Positions 51,051 to 64,000 of a DNA stretch of 64,000 nt are shown here, in pieces; the first letter of the stretch is position 1, and every line of letters begins with the position of its first letter. Both the position numbers and the translations under genes were made by a program. The notes beneath the pieces were generated by a model. That model was not told the DNA's origin. It did not search any database and saw only the letters and a program-made list of their open reading frames with translations. Source of the stretch: Phoronis australis (lineage: Eukaryota; Animalia; Phoronida); NCBI GenBank assembly GCA_002633005.1, contig NMRA01000100.1:82497-146496 (forward strand), in the 5' to 3' direction.

Positions 51051-54000
51051 ATGGCTGACGAACGAACCTTTATCATGATCAAACCTGATGGAGTCGCTAG
51101 AGGACTCATTGCAGACATCATTAAAAGATTTGAACAAAAAGGATTTAAGCTCGTGGCCATGAAATTTATGATAGTAAGTTCAATGATTTGTCGGCGACTT
51201 GTCCGCCATTTTTAAATGACCTTGGGCTTTGGTCGGTTTTTAGCAATGTCTATTCCTTTTTCCGGAACTGTAAACTAAAAGCGTGTCTCGCGTGGGATTT
51301 AGTGGTCCCACTTTCGAACTACCATAACTATAATACAAGCAAATTTTGATTTAGACTGCTTATCATTGTGAAATTGCCAATTGAATTGGTCTCGACTTAT
51401 TTTCGGACTCGGTCAGTAGCTCGAGCTTGAGGTGTGAAGTGAGTCATGCTCTTGCAAGGAACTGACAGCGACAGTTTGTTATTCCTGTAGAACATGCTCT
51501 ATGCAGTTTTTGCAAACGGCGGTTTTCAAAGAAATTTGACAAAATGTGGAATGTCGGACATTCACAATATTTCATAAACATACCTGGATTGTGAAACGAT
51601 CATCCTCTGTTCTGATCACGTTTTCTGCACAAGAATTAGCAATCCAAAATTAAAGAAATTTGTTGATAAAAAGACCATCTCCAAAATGGAGACGTAGATA
51701 TCTGTTTTCACTTCCGCCAGAATAAAATTTCGAGGTTGCTCTCGTTTCTAACATCAACCATAAGCATTCAAGTAAAAACTAGGTCATTAGGTTAACTTTT
51801 GAGATCCTTTCACAAATCACAATAGCGGCTATTGAGACTGAATATTAGTTGTCAGAAGAAAGTGAAAGAAGTTGGAGAGTTCAGTTGGCAGAAAGTAAAC
51901 TGTTGGATTTAAAGGAGGTGCAATGCATTGTTGAAGCAGTCCATGGAGATCCTTGCTTTGGAGGCCATTGAAGTCTCGAACCTTTCCAACAAGTTATCAG
52001 CACAGCCATTTTTTGAGTGAAAACTTCTGAGTTGGAATGAAGACTTGTGGGATAGCTTATACCAGACTTAACATTGGAAAAGGGTTACGCTAACAATTTT
52101 GTTGGCTGTCCAAAAGAAATTGTGATTGCCGGAGTGTTTGTTTAAGTTCAAAAGATTTAAAGAAGGTGTGCTATAAAATTGAATGCAGTTCTGTCAGGAC
52201 GATAGAATTGTCCCAAGACAGACAATTGCATAGACAAACAGAATTTTGAACTTGTATGCATATTTTTTCTTCTATGGTTAATTGAAACTTAAAAAACCTA
52301 GCCATTAAATGCGTTAGCAGGTTTTAAACAGTCAAAAGCATTAAAAATTAGAAGTAGTTTAGTACTTCTTGTTTGGCTGTACTTTGGGAGCAAGTTTTCG
52401 TATATACAGAATTGATTAAACGCACAACACTTTTCATTGTTGACAGTCTTTATTCCGTTACGTTTATACCTTCAGAACAAAACTACTCTCAACTGAACAT
52501 AGATAAAGTAACTGACTTAGCGACATAATTGTGCCTTTTAATTATGTCGCTAGGTCAGTTACTTTTTATGTTCAGTTGAGAGTAGAGTTTTGTTCCGAAG
52601 GTATGAACGTAATGGAATAAAGGCTGTCAGCAATGAAAAGTGTCGTGCATTTAATCAATACTTCTTGTTTCTGAGATTTACTATCGACGTTTGCAAAATC
52701 GGAGGCATTGTCCCCTTGGCTAGTTCTAAACTTGAATCCTGCCTGGTTAACAGTAAGAGCTAGTGTTTGGGGATGATGAAACATATCTGGAGCATTTATA
52801 CCAAGTGTTACATTTTGGTCTGTATCGTTGGCCACTGGGGCGAAATTATTTTTTGTAATTTACGCTTGTAAGTTATGGGCGTAAAGCCACTTCATGCCGG
52901 TGTTTTACGAGTGTAATTGTTATGTACCAACGAGAGGTCATGTTACAGGTCATGTGAGTTTTGTGAAATTGTATGCTCGAAAAATTATGGTCGTGAATTA
53001 CGTTTAAAACTTTGAATCTTTACCTGTATTTAAAAGTAATTGTGTTCATTGCTGTAAGCATCGTTTTCTTGTTGCGCATTCCATTGGTTAATTGCAGTAA
53101 ATACTTTAGATATTGTTGTCATGAGAGGGATGTCATTGTCAGTTTTCTTTTTACACAGGCTAGCGAAGACCTCCTTAAAAAGCATTATGCAGATTTGTCT
53201 TCTAAACCATTCTTCCCAAAACTGGTGAAGTTCATTGGTTCTGGTCCTGTCGTTCCCATGGTAAGTCGCAATTTGTGGATGATCACCAAGAGAAGTAATG
53301 CTACTTCTTAATGAGAAAATTGTGTTGTTAGATGCTTAAAACTTGCTTATAGACGAGATTAATTGGTCTTTTATGGTTTGTGATTGTTTTATGGCTTGTT
53401 GATATGTATTATGTTGTGTTTTGTACGTAGTGGTTTGATGATATTTGTTACTGTATCCAACATACTTTTTATGACCATGAATGTTAAATTGCTGTGATAA
53501 CGACATAGGATCAATAGAAACAATGACCGTATTCACAGCCTTTTGATGACAACCCGCCGTCTTGTTCACTTTGTTGAAACCAGTTGGCAGGAGTGGCGCA
53601 CTTCCAGGGCGTGTGCTAGGCTGTAGGGGGCCCAGTAATTACCGAGGCTTGGAATTTTGTGCGGAAACGTGGATTTCCACGTTTTTCAAGTGTTCTGTCC
53701 ACGTATTTTGTTATATTTCCGCGTAAAAAATATCGGATTTGATATAAAATTTCCGCTGCAAATTTCTTTCTTACCGCGGCGCTGCTGACGACTTTCACCT
53801 CGAAAAGGGGAAGTTGCTTTTTATGTTTCGGAGGAACGTAAATTGGTCAACATTGCCGGGGCATCTGGGATAGCGTAGTGGATTTCTTCAATGGCGTCTC
53901 ACGTGATTGTAAACCGCGGTGACAGATACTGCGACTCTGCAGCCACAAATGTGTGGGGGTGGGAGTGGACGGACGAGCTAAAAAGACGCAGACGCACGCT

Positions 54001-55708
54001 TCTGGGGGTGGTACGGTTTTTTGTCGGCAAAAGGTCCACATCAACTATTTCAAGGCTGGGTGTGCGCATGTTTTGGGCCGTAAAAATTTACGCTTTTTTG
54101 TCATTGGTCATTCCAAGCCCTGAATTACTGGTGCGTTCTTGCAAGTTAGAACCTCTCACCATACCTGTTGAGGCTGGAGAGGTGTATGGCAAACTGTATT
54201 TTAGTGAAGGAGGAATACGAGAGATAACAGAATTTACAGGTAATTAACTGTATACTGTATGAGTGGACTTGTTGCAGGTCTGGGAAGGGAAAGGAGTCGT
54301 GAAAACTGGCCGTACAATTCTGGGGGAAACGGATCCTGCCAAATCCAACCCGGGAACCATTCGTGGAGACTTCTGTATTGATATAGGAAGGTAAGTCTGT
54401 CGAAGTCAGTGTGAACCAGTGAGACTTGTCCATCAGTACTGGAGCACATTTCAGTCGTTCTCTTTTTGAAGTTTGCAGAATGAAAATTAGTAAAACAGTT
54501 GGTAATCAACTTTAGAAATGAAAATTATTTTTAGGATTCCTTCAGAAAACTGAACGTTGAGGTATTATGTGTACACAAAAGTGTACATTGCATTCCACTT
54601 TCTATATTAAATTTACCCAATTTGTTGGAATTGTAAGTTTCAATTTTTGTTGATTAAAATGTGCAAGCTAATTGCTCGATGAATGCACATGTGGTCGAAT
54701 GATTCGAAAATGTTTCCTGGTCCTGCAGTACCCTGCGAGATTTTTCCAAAAACGAGTCATCCTAGAAGAATACCCGTTCAAATTTGTACAGGCAATTGCT
54801 CCATAATTGTTCATGATGTCTTGGTTTCTGCTGAAATTTATATTGAGCACTGTTTGGATAATATGACTATTGCTTTAGGACATCATGTTTAACACTATGC
54901 GTAGTTAACTCCAGCTGTTCAGGACTCAATGTGGTGGACAAGTCGCATGATATTTTGCCAGTTTTGTTAAAAAATAAAGATGAAGAAAAAATTTTGGAAT
55001 CAATATTATTAGCTTGGTGTGTACTGTGTAGAAATCAGCATTTGGATTGGTTTCTTTATTTTTTGCTGCAATTCAACCAACCTTTGAAAAGTTATTGTCA
55101 GCAATTATTTGTGGGCAAAATAAGTTGAAATTGCTGTTACCAAATGCTCTGATTTAAAAAATACCACTTCCACGTCATAATGAGTACTTATTCTGTCAAC
55201 ATAAAGATAAGTAAGAATTATTTGTGTAGCAAAATTCTAATTATGGAGTGACTCAGCCACCTTCACAGACTTTGTATTAATTCGTCATCATTCTTACTCA
55301 TTAGAGATGACCACTCTGGCGATGAATTCGCCTTCCGCCCAGCTGTCATGACAGGGAATTCTAGGTCATTTTGTTTGAGTACTTTGGGTTTGTGTTACTT
55401 TTGGCTTAATAAACCACTTCCTTCTCATTTATTTCTTACTTTGAAGTTGGCCATTGTTTGCTCTTGACTAGGTTGATATTACAGAAAATTGAAGGTTGAT
55501 TTCATGGCTGCGATTACTGTACTATACATGTGGTCACTTGATAAATGGTACATTTTAAGTCAATTTATTTTTTGTCTGGTGAAATTACAGAAATATCTGC
55601 CATGGTAGCGACAGTGTGGAATCTGCCAAGAAAGAGTTAGCTCTTTGGTTTAAGGAGGAAGAACTCTGCGACTGGAAGGCACTCGGTCACGATGCGATCT
55701 ACGAATAG
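51051..55708 (+). CDS. NME1: Nucleoside diphosphate kinase, group I (NME1/NME2/awd-like), 151 aa; exons 51051-51173, 53159-53260, 54278-54390, 55591-55708; upstream in-frame ATG at 51006
   Basis: [38 protein letters not shown] / [11 protein letters not shown]...SGPVVPM / VWEG...[23 protein letters not shown] / [20 protein letters not shown]...IYE*. Catalytic NxxHGSD signature present; all junctions are GT-AG and in phase. Confidence 0.97.
51497..52240 (+). mobile_element. Degraded Ginger/Gypsy-integrase-like element in NDPK intron 1
   Basis: About 51903-52010 reads [18 protein letters not shown] then NKLSA after a frameshift, resembling the HH half of an integrase HHCC zinc finger. Short inverted ends CTATGCA / TGCATAG. 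Confidence 0.4.
52411..52659. repeat. 249-bp near-perfect palindrome (arms of about 120 bp, 9-nt loop) in NDPK intron 1
   Basis: ATTGATTAAA...GCGACATAATT-gtgcctttt-AATTATGTCGC...TTTAATCAAT. Confidence 0.95.
53629..54134. mobile_element. MITE of about 505 bp in NDPK intron 2
   Basis: Imperfect TIR CCAGTAATTACCGAGGCTTGGAAT ... ATTCCAAGCCCTGAATTACTGG. Confidence 0.65.
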
Positions 55709-56470
55709 CTGACTGCTAGCTGACCACAGTTGTGATCGACGGGGTCCTGCATGCTACGTGATGTCACCTGGATTGTTTTTGATAGCCACAGTGTGTTATT
55801 AGTATTGTTAGTGCTGAATGACTCATCTATTTGTGCTGCTCATTTGAAAACCCATGTGATAGATACATACAATACATTATACTGTGCAGTATCACTTTCC
55901 AGTTACTTGTTGTTGGTAATTATTAAATATGATGTTCATGTTTCTATTGCTCAGCAAATTTCAAGTTTGCCACAAATGTTTCTAGCGAAAGGTCAAGTGA
56001 ACACTTTTAAGAAATTCCATTCTGGATAACTTAAATGTCCGTTTTATAGAAATCTGGTGTGCATGCCATGAACTGACGAGAACCGCACAGAAATATGAGA
56101 CTTTGCAAAACAACTTCATGTATGGCAAGCGAAGTATGTGATCACACTAGCTTCCTTTGAGATTCTTATGTCTACAGAACTTGGCTCAGTATTGATCGGC
56201 AAATTGGTACTAGTAACTGCATCACTCACATTTACACTTCGAGGAACTACGAGGCTTGAGCTGTTTGTGGAAGGAACATGCAACATTCGTGTTTATCACT
56301 AAGTGTCCAAACAGTCTCGTGTTCACCAATGCATATACAGATTTCTGCGAGTCTGTCATCTTTTCATATAGGTAGTGCTGTGTCAGAGGGTCACGTAACT
56401 ATCCGGTATTTTACCTGCCACAGAATCTGATGCAACCTCTTAGTAACTGACATATCTGGTGGGTTTAATG

Positions 56471-56476
56471 AATAAA
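56471..56476 (+). terminator. Candidate polyadenylation signal of NDPK
   Basis: AATAAA about 760 nt after the NDPK stop; supported by position only. Confidence 0.35.
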
Positions 56477-57247
56477 GTCTTAAAAGACTACGCACCTGAG
56501 AACAACAGAATTTCAACAAAAATATTTCAGAATCTTGGCCACTTATTCAGTCACTCAATGTGTTGGCATATTGGCGATAAAATGAACTTGAATGGCTTCA
56601 GACCTGCAGTTGCCTCCTGATCACTTTCGTTTCTTCTTGCCAAAGGTTAAATCGTGCCTTTTAAGAGGGAGAGATGGTTGGCTGAATTTGTTTCCCTGAC
56701 CCTTCCAGTAGTGACATTCCTTACAAATTGTGAAGCTTCTCGCAAAAATGTGGAAGTTTTGATTTTTATGTGAAAAATTGCATTTCAGAAAGAAAACTCA
56801 CCTGACCACAAATGTGTGGGCATTATTACCATGTACACGTTTCTATGGCCACTAAGAAATTATGGCCTAGTGGGTTAAAGCTATGAATTTAAAACATTTG
56901 AAATATGTGACTTACCAAATAGTATTAGGTGCTGTAGCCTCCTTGACAATGTTTCAGGAATGACCATTCTAGAGATGGCTGATGGAGAGTAACAGCAACA
57001 TCCCTATTGAGGAATTGCTGCAGTAGCAGATCAAATTTGGGCAATAGTATGAAACAATGTGCCTGTATTTTGAGAATCAGTTTGATGCCGTTATTCAGTG
57101 GAGAAAACTGGTTCTCAAATTTCGGGCAAGTTATATCAGACCATAACCCAAATTTTGTCATTATGGGGCACTACAGAACTAATAAGTGTGGTTTGATTCT
57201 ATACATAGCACAATATAACACGAAAACAAAATTCACAAAACACATTT

Positions 57248-57253
57248 TTTATT
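57248..57253 (-). terminator. Candidate polyadenylation signal of MSL3
   Basis: AATAAA on minus, about 185 nt after the MSL3 stop and followed by GT/T-rich sequence. Confidence 0.45.
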
Positions 57254-57436
57254 AAAATAGAGTCCTTGGCTGGTACAGTTATCAAAAATTGGAATATCAC
57301 TACAGTTGTACATTTAACATATAATATCAAAAGTGCTGCTGCTTTCACCTAACTATCTGGTGCTGCTTTCCCTGGTCAGGTTATGGCTGTTGCCTTCCAA
57401 TGGACCTCTGACCATTGGAGGTCAAGTCCAATGAGG

Positions 57437-60400
57437 TCACCTTCTTCCTGTATGCTTTGCACCATCACAAGATGTAACGTATGCGTCCTGGACCATCAGG
57501 TCACTCCGCCGATCACAAATATATCTACAACAACAAAACCCGGTTCATTATTACAAGACAGTGAGAGACAGAGACTTGAATATAAATAATTAACATTCAA
57601 TAATGACAATAACGAGAGCGTTTGTATGCACCATGTGTGCATTGTGAACAGTAAAGATACCCCGGGTTCTCACTCTTCAAATATTTCCATGGTAGTTCGA
57701 TCCACCTCAAAATCAAGATCTGTTGGGCTCTCCCCATCAGAAACACATTGGTCAAATTTCAAGAACTCAACAGATATCAATTCAGACGCATTGACAATTC
57801 TCCACAAGTTGGTGTCGCATAAGTCTAAAAATCAGCACCAGTGTGCTTTCCTCGAAAGGAACGCACATGCAAAATTTAAAACTATGTTGTTCAAAAACTC
57901 ATGGCACTCTAGCCTGGGGCATACTTTAATGTGATTTGATGAAACAACCCACTATATTAAAGATATTATACCTACATCACACAAACCCAAATTAGCTGAC
58001 AAGTGACCACTTACTCCAAGAGACTGTCCATGTATCTAAGCAAAGTCCTCAACTTCATATCGGGGATTTTCATGAGAGACAAAAACTCTGGTAGTTTCAC
58101 TGCAAAAGAACAGCGTCCCATCATTAAACATGTAGCCACACAGAAATGAGAAACTGGATGTCATGACCTATGTGCTGCGTGCATAAATAGTCCAGTGACT
58201 GGAACCATAAGCGCAGCAAACTGGACAATCAGTGATGAGTCACACAAAGTACAAATTACGTAGAATGGCCATCGCATTGAGTGATCCATGCTGCAATGTT
58301 TTGGGTCTGCTCACAGGATTTGCTCTCCGGTCACGATTGTAAAAGGGTGTTCGCATGCTCTTAACAATACTAAGGAATGGCAGGAACTAAACATTTAATG
58401 CCGCTCAAACATACAATTCCATTCAATGACGTTTAAACATATAATCCCATGTCAAACCAAATTCTACAAGAGGATGACATTGTTACAAATGGCAAACCAT
58501 GCCAGCACACATAACCAGCATCCCACTATGTTATTCCCAGCAGCACATAACGGTACTTACTGTACGCTTGTCAGTGACTAGCGAATGATCATTTATGCTG
58601 CGAAATTCGTTCATAAAAACATTTACTTTTGCATTCACATCATTGTAGCATGTCATGAATTTGTTTGGCCAAATAAAAACAGATAGAAGTGATTAACATG
58701 CAAATTCCACCTTAATGCAGTGATTTGGTTTAGAGGAGCCAGACAGTAGTATTTGGCAGACAAACTCTCTCCACTCTTGAAGTCAGAAGCTAATCAAAGC
58801 TCCTATCAGCTACAATGGTAGGCAACCATAACTCATTTACTACTGAAACCAACGGTAGCTTGCATTTTATGACTTACGATCATGCAGTGAAGCCTGACTG
58901 GTTGCTAGACAGTGCAGCCGGTCTCATGAGCCAAGCATATAGAATTGTCATGTTGACTTTCTTTTCTAGCAACAGACATTCTATTCAAAATACACAAAGA
59001 TCTTTCCAAGGATGATACAGCTGTGGACAATTAAAAAGAAAATTGCCACCAGGGGCGCCACAGTAGTTAGGCCTGTCTGAAAATCAACGTCTGTCATGAT
59101 CTTCTCATCAGGAACACATCTACCAATTTTTGTCACGATTCTTTGACCGATTTGGCAGGAAAACGGTCACTAGGAGACACAGACTAATAAAAACATATTT
59201 GCTAAATTTCGTGAAAATTCGTTATGGAGCTGGGCAGATAATGAGATGAACATAAAAAATAAAATTGCCACTAGGGGGAGCACCTGTAGTATTGGATCCG
59301 TCCTAAATTCACCATCAACTGTCGCCAGCTCCATAGCAACAAATTTCATGAAGATAATGCAAGCAGTTTAGGAAATACAGCAGCACACGCCAGAGGGCCG
59401 GACAGAGACGACAGCAAATGCACCCACATGTGTACTGTGGGAGCATAAAAATTAAAAACATTATGTGTTATAGTAAATGAAACCACTGATAATATCATTG
59501 AAAATATGATTTTTAATGAACACTGGAAGCTACTATAAACCATTTTCTCACAGGCATTTTTGGTTTTCCAAAGCTACGTCACTGCGATCTTAGTTTTTGC
59601 AATTGCTTAAGTTGAATTCGGCTGCAAAGAAGAGTCTGCAGTTCTCCTACATCTAAGCAGCTTCAGCAGCTGAAACTAACCCACAGTGACAAGCAAACTT
59701 CACAGACCTGGTCTGAATCAATAAAATGTTAGTTCCTCCCAAGCTCAGAAATCATTTTGAATCTGAGTACAGAACAAAATGAGACACATTTTTATTACAT
59801 TAAGCGGTCTAAATCAGAAGTTGGGTTTTTGACAAAGAGAGAGGGTTTATGGCTTTATCACCACTTAAGTGTCATAACTACAAGATAACACTCAGCCAAA
59901 TTGCAAGTATCCAACCAATAGCAATTAAAATGTCACTGCACTCTTGCAGAGAATGATCACTAAATAATAAATGTCATACCAGCTGTGTAAATGGTGTCAC
60001 TATGGCAACTAGAACAAGCAAAGTGAAGGCTTCAGACACGATCAGAGCGACCTACCAAATAACCTCAGGAGATGATGGCAGCCGTAGATTTGAGATGGCT
60101 GGGCCGCCGTCTCCAGAAGCACATCCTCTGGAACTAGTCGCCATGACAACACTTCATTCATGATGGTCTCATTCTCATTTAGTAAAAGCCCTTGTTCAGA
60201 CTTGACTGGAGTGGAGTAGCCACTGGCCTTAGAGGAAGCAGTCCTGGCTGTGTTGGGTAAGAGCAAGGGAGGTGGTGGTGTGGCACGGGCTGCCACTGGC
60301 TCCACCTTGTGCCGAACAGATTTACTATCTTGACCAGTCTACAACAAGGAAAAGGAGCAAGTGGTCAAGCAAAAACACAACAGACTACCCTAAATCACCA

Positions 60401-63400
60401 CTAGTGAACAACATTCTTGGTTTACTGCTTTTTAATCTGCTCCTAGGAGTAAAAATCTGTTAAGAAATCAATGTGAACATACCCACCTTCTTATCTCCAG
60501 TAATAAATCGTCATGTGGACACAACCACCTGATTTTTCTTTTTACTTCCTTCCTCAGAGTAAAAATCCAGTAAGAAACCAGCATGTGAACACACTCACCT
60601 TCTTTTCCATCTGTTTCTTGCTCCCCTCTTCAGCCGCTGCATGTCGTGTGATTCGCCGAGGCACGGGCTCCTGTTCTTCCTCTTTGGGCTGGGGAAACTC
60701 AAAACTATTTGCAGCAGAGGGAGACAATTTCGGCAGTTTAGAGTTTGGCTCCACAGCAGAACTGTGCCTGGTTCGTCGCCGTGGTGATGTTACAGGTGTA
60801 TCCGAGATGCTGAAAATAATACATCTTTCAGAGAGGGGTTGTTCGATACTAATCCTTCAGCGGAGAGCCTTAAAACCTACATCCAGCTAACATTAGTTCA
60901 ACCAAGCTGAGGCAAGCACAAAAGCCAATTACGAAGTATGTAAAGCCATGCTGTATATGTGACCACTGTGTTCTGAGTAGTTTTCTTTTTACCTAAACAG
61001 TTCCAACTCAGTGGATTACAGCTCGTCGTATTGGTTGATGGCTCATGTGAATGTTAGTGGTAGATTGAGTGGTATTCCGTAGAACAAGATTCCAGCAAAG
61101 AAGGTCAGATTTCGCAAGTCTTCATGAAGTATCGCAGTGAATTACAAAGAAACCATGTGATCACATTAATGCAAGACATCCCTGGTTTTTGATATATGTA
61201 AACAGACTGAATACATCCTGAATATACTTTCTGGCAAAAAAGTTCGTTCTTTTTAGCGCAGCTAAAAGATCGTTTTTGTCTATAATCCTAGGCTTTTTGC
61301 GTCCTCAGTCCACAGTTTGAAAGCGTATTTTGTACGTCACTCAATATTCGTAACATGTTTTGTGAATATTTTTGCACCGTCACACATCCAATATTTTATT
61401 AGCTTCTTGACAGTATTTAACAACTTAGAAATGGGCGATAATCAGGAAACAAGAAAAATGACTGACTTTATATCTGAAGAAAAGACGAGGCCTTATAATT
61501 AAAGCTGAGATATTCTTAAATGTTACCGAAACGTACTAATAAATTCAGGTCATGTCCCAAAATGCCAAGCTATATGGCATTCTTTCAATTTCCAAAATAA
61601 CCCCATGATGTCAAGCCCTCAACACAAGTCTACTAACACATGTAGCGCATTACAGACAGGTGGGTGGGTAAAACAAAAACCATTAATTAACTCACCTGTC
61701 TCCATGTTCATCGATACTACTGTGATGATAGCTAGATATAATCTTCTTGTACTGGGCTCTCTCCTCGTTATAGAGCAAGTGGGTAGGCAGAAGAAAGTCG
61801 AAGAATATCCTCAGGCCATCCATCACTTCCTTGCATAACTGGATCCTGCCAAATTTGTAAGAGGTAGCCTTAAGTCAGTGCGAGACAAGTGAATGGTCAA
61901 ATGCCGCACCGCTGTTGAGCTTGCATCTTAACTTGCTCAATCCAAGACTGAGGAACACGCGTGACTTACTGTAGCAGCAAACCAGCGACATCATTCATAC
62001 AACTGAAATCTCCACGTATTAGCCCTTGTAGTGCTATACGCTATAAACAGTGTCTAAACCGGCAGGCTGGCTATTTTTAGGTCAAGTTCAATATCAACAA
62101 ACTTACTCGTTAAACAAACCAATTTGATAATATATACCATGTATTATACATCATTGTGAAGCTCATGAAATCAGCTTCAACTCTATCATAACAATCAGGA
62201 AGATAATTATGATACGTGCAGCTGATAACAAATTAACACAGGAAACGGCATAAAATACAAGAGTTTTCAGTGATCTCACCTCATGCAAATACACGCATGT
62301 AACCAAAACATAAGACAATATGTTAAGTATAACAAGTGTAGAAGTGTTCTAAATTCAATATCAAGAGTCCACTCCAAACAAGAGGCCACAGAACACCAGG
62401 CGAGACAAGGTAAGTTACCAGTATGCAGAAAATCAGAAAATCCCATGTTCAATATTGAGTCTTAGAACTATGTAACACGACTGGCCAATCACAAACAGTC
62501 TTTCATGAATACTTGGGATCTTTATGCTTGTCTCCAAGCAACCCAACCTAACCAGGCTCTTTTAAATTAATTTTCAAATCGGCCGTTATTTTTTAATTGA
62601 GTTTGACCTACTTAGATCAATGCCTGACAGGACTCCGCCATTAGACTGGCCTGGAATGTTGATGCCAGATAAACATGTGGCTAGCAGAACTAAGGTTAAA
62701 CTGGTGTACCATGCACCCAGGAGCCCTGTTGCACTTGACCTACACTCAGACATAAACAGAATGCCTGGTTGACTTTCAAAAATATTGTCAGACCTTACAT
62801 CAATACCACACCCACCTAGATTCAGACCCCTCTGCGATCAATGCCTTACCTGTGCTCAGGAGAGTAGCTTGTTCGTTTCTCGGCTGTGCCAACCAGGGCA
62901 TTGATGGCATAGTTTTTGACAAACCCTTCTAGAACAGTGATCACGTTGGGTTTTGCTGGAAGTCGTGCAACCTGTAGCAATATCTTTGATTTAAGTCTCA
63001 CGGCGTTTCCAAGGAAACACGGAAAGTAAGAACCTCAAGTAAGGTCAAATCAAATGGCAAGGTAATTTCTTCATAACATAATATGGCCGAACACTGAAAT
63101 TTTCAACCTTAGTAAGCAAGAAGAAAACGTCACTTCATTATTTGCACACTTTATGCCATACAGCTGTCATCAACAAACACATTTAATGAAATTTAGATTT
63201 TTTAACAATGCAGTGAGATTTTAAAAATTAATGGAAATTTTGGAAATTATTTTCATTCAAATTTTAGGAAACTTTAAACAAACATGAAAACCGGTTGTCG
63301 AGTATACATATCTTAACATCAACAAATCTAATTAAATTAGGCTAACCTTGTTTTTTGCCGTTACCATGGAGAAATCATGCTCCAGATCTTTCTTTAACAC

Positions 63401-63439
63401 GTCTGGTATTTCAATTATCACTTCCTTGACTTCATCATC
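57437..63439 (-). CDS. MSL3: Male-specific lethal 3 homolog (MRG domain), 3' part; exons 63439-63347, 62971-62850, 61845-61696, 60809-60599, 60338-60056, 58099-58015, 57524-57437; chromo-barrel exons lie beyond the window
   Basis: [64 protein letters not shown], a low-complexity insert splitting the MRG domain, then VLSWRLVP...[21 protein letters not shown] and a terminal [19 protein letters not shown]. The split MRG domain and LSW[KR]LVP motif indicate MSL3 rather than MRG15. All phases are consistent. Confidence 0.93.
58970..59455 (+). mobile_element. Helitron/Helentron-like non-autonomous element (HINE/DINE-like)
   Basis: Two internal units starting AAATTGCCAC(C/T)AGGGG, AAATTTC(G/A)TGAA motifs, and a 3' hairpin ATGCACCCACA..TGTGGGAGCAT (59418-59446) followed by AAAAAT. 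The 5' boundary is approximate. Confidence 0.55.
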
Positions 63440-64000
63440 CTGAAAGACACAATTAACAGTGAATGAGTACATGATAAACAGACTAATCAGCTGTAATGTA
63501 CGCTCGGTGCAAACACAAATTAAAGCACCAATGTAATGATTCATAAGCTAACATATCCTTCAATCACAATTTCCTGTCGAGACTTGAGTGCGTAGGATTT
63601 CTTGACCTTTACTGCACTTTTCACCCATTTTGCCTTTTTACTGTTTTGGGTGAACATGTCCTCTTTGCCAGTGAGTATATGCAAGTGTAACAACTGATGA
63701 TGTACTTGACAGTGACATCATTTTTATATCATATTCAACACCTGAATAAAGCAACCACTTGGAAAAAAATATATTTTTACTTTAACAGGATTTTAAGACC
63801 TCTTCTCAATTCAGAACATTTGTACATATTTGAATCATTGCTCTGTAATTGAATTTAGATCATTTTACACCAACAATTTCGAACACTCCAATGAAAAATG
63901 ATTAGTAAGCCTCAAGTCAGCTGAAACTGATAACTCCTGAATGAGCAACCCTGCTGCAACCTACGGAATATTTTCATGAAACAAAACCATTAAAATAACG

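Noticed and set aside
55706-55723. Stop-codon readthrough of NDPK (TAG-C)
   Set aside because: The extension would be only xLTAS*, with no PTS1 or other recognisable signal.
1-64000. tRNA, rRNA or SECIS elements
   Set aside because: None recognisable by eye; tRNAscan-SE or Infernal would be needed to exclude them formally.

Overview
Intron-rich, AT-rich animal DNA, most likely a bilaterian invertebrate; there are no prokaryotic features. Six spliced protein-coding genes can be rebuilt by hand with GT-AG junctions and consistent phases. (1) A CRACD/KIAA1211-like gene (+, 4115-11565, 5' end uncertain). (2) A GRXCR-family glutaredoxin/Cys-rich gene (-, 17303-30236). (3, 4) Two tandem paralogous four-exon genes (-, 35187-38498 and 42188-46146) for small two-TM proteins that the ORF track misses or fragments; both keep a cytosolic YPRQP..QPTAP motif and an identical VKDKTF C-terminus. 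(5) A group I nucleoside diphosphate kinase (+, 51051-55708) with an upstream in-frame ATG. (6) The 3' part of MSL3 (-, 57437-63439, continuing beyond the window). Introns and intergenic DNA carry many non-autonomous DNA transposons (TTAA-flanked Kolobok-like elements, tiny CAT/CAG-ended MITEs with 5-bp target duplications, palindromic MITEs), an inverted Penelope-like remnant, LINE RT and integrase relics, a Helentron-like element, a 25-bp minisatellite and several CTCF-like motifs. The best candidate for something undescribed is the tandem pair of two-TM PTAP proteins. Family assignments rest on recalled motifs; no searches were run.
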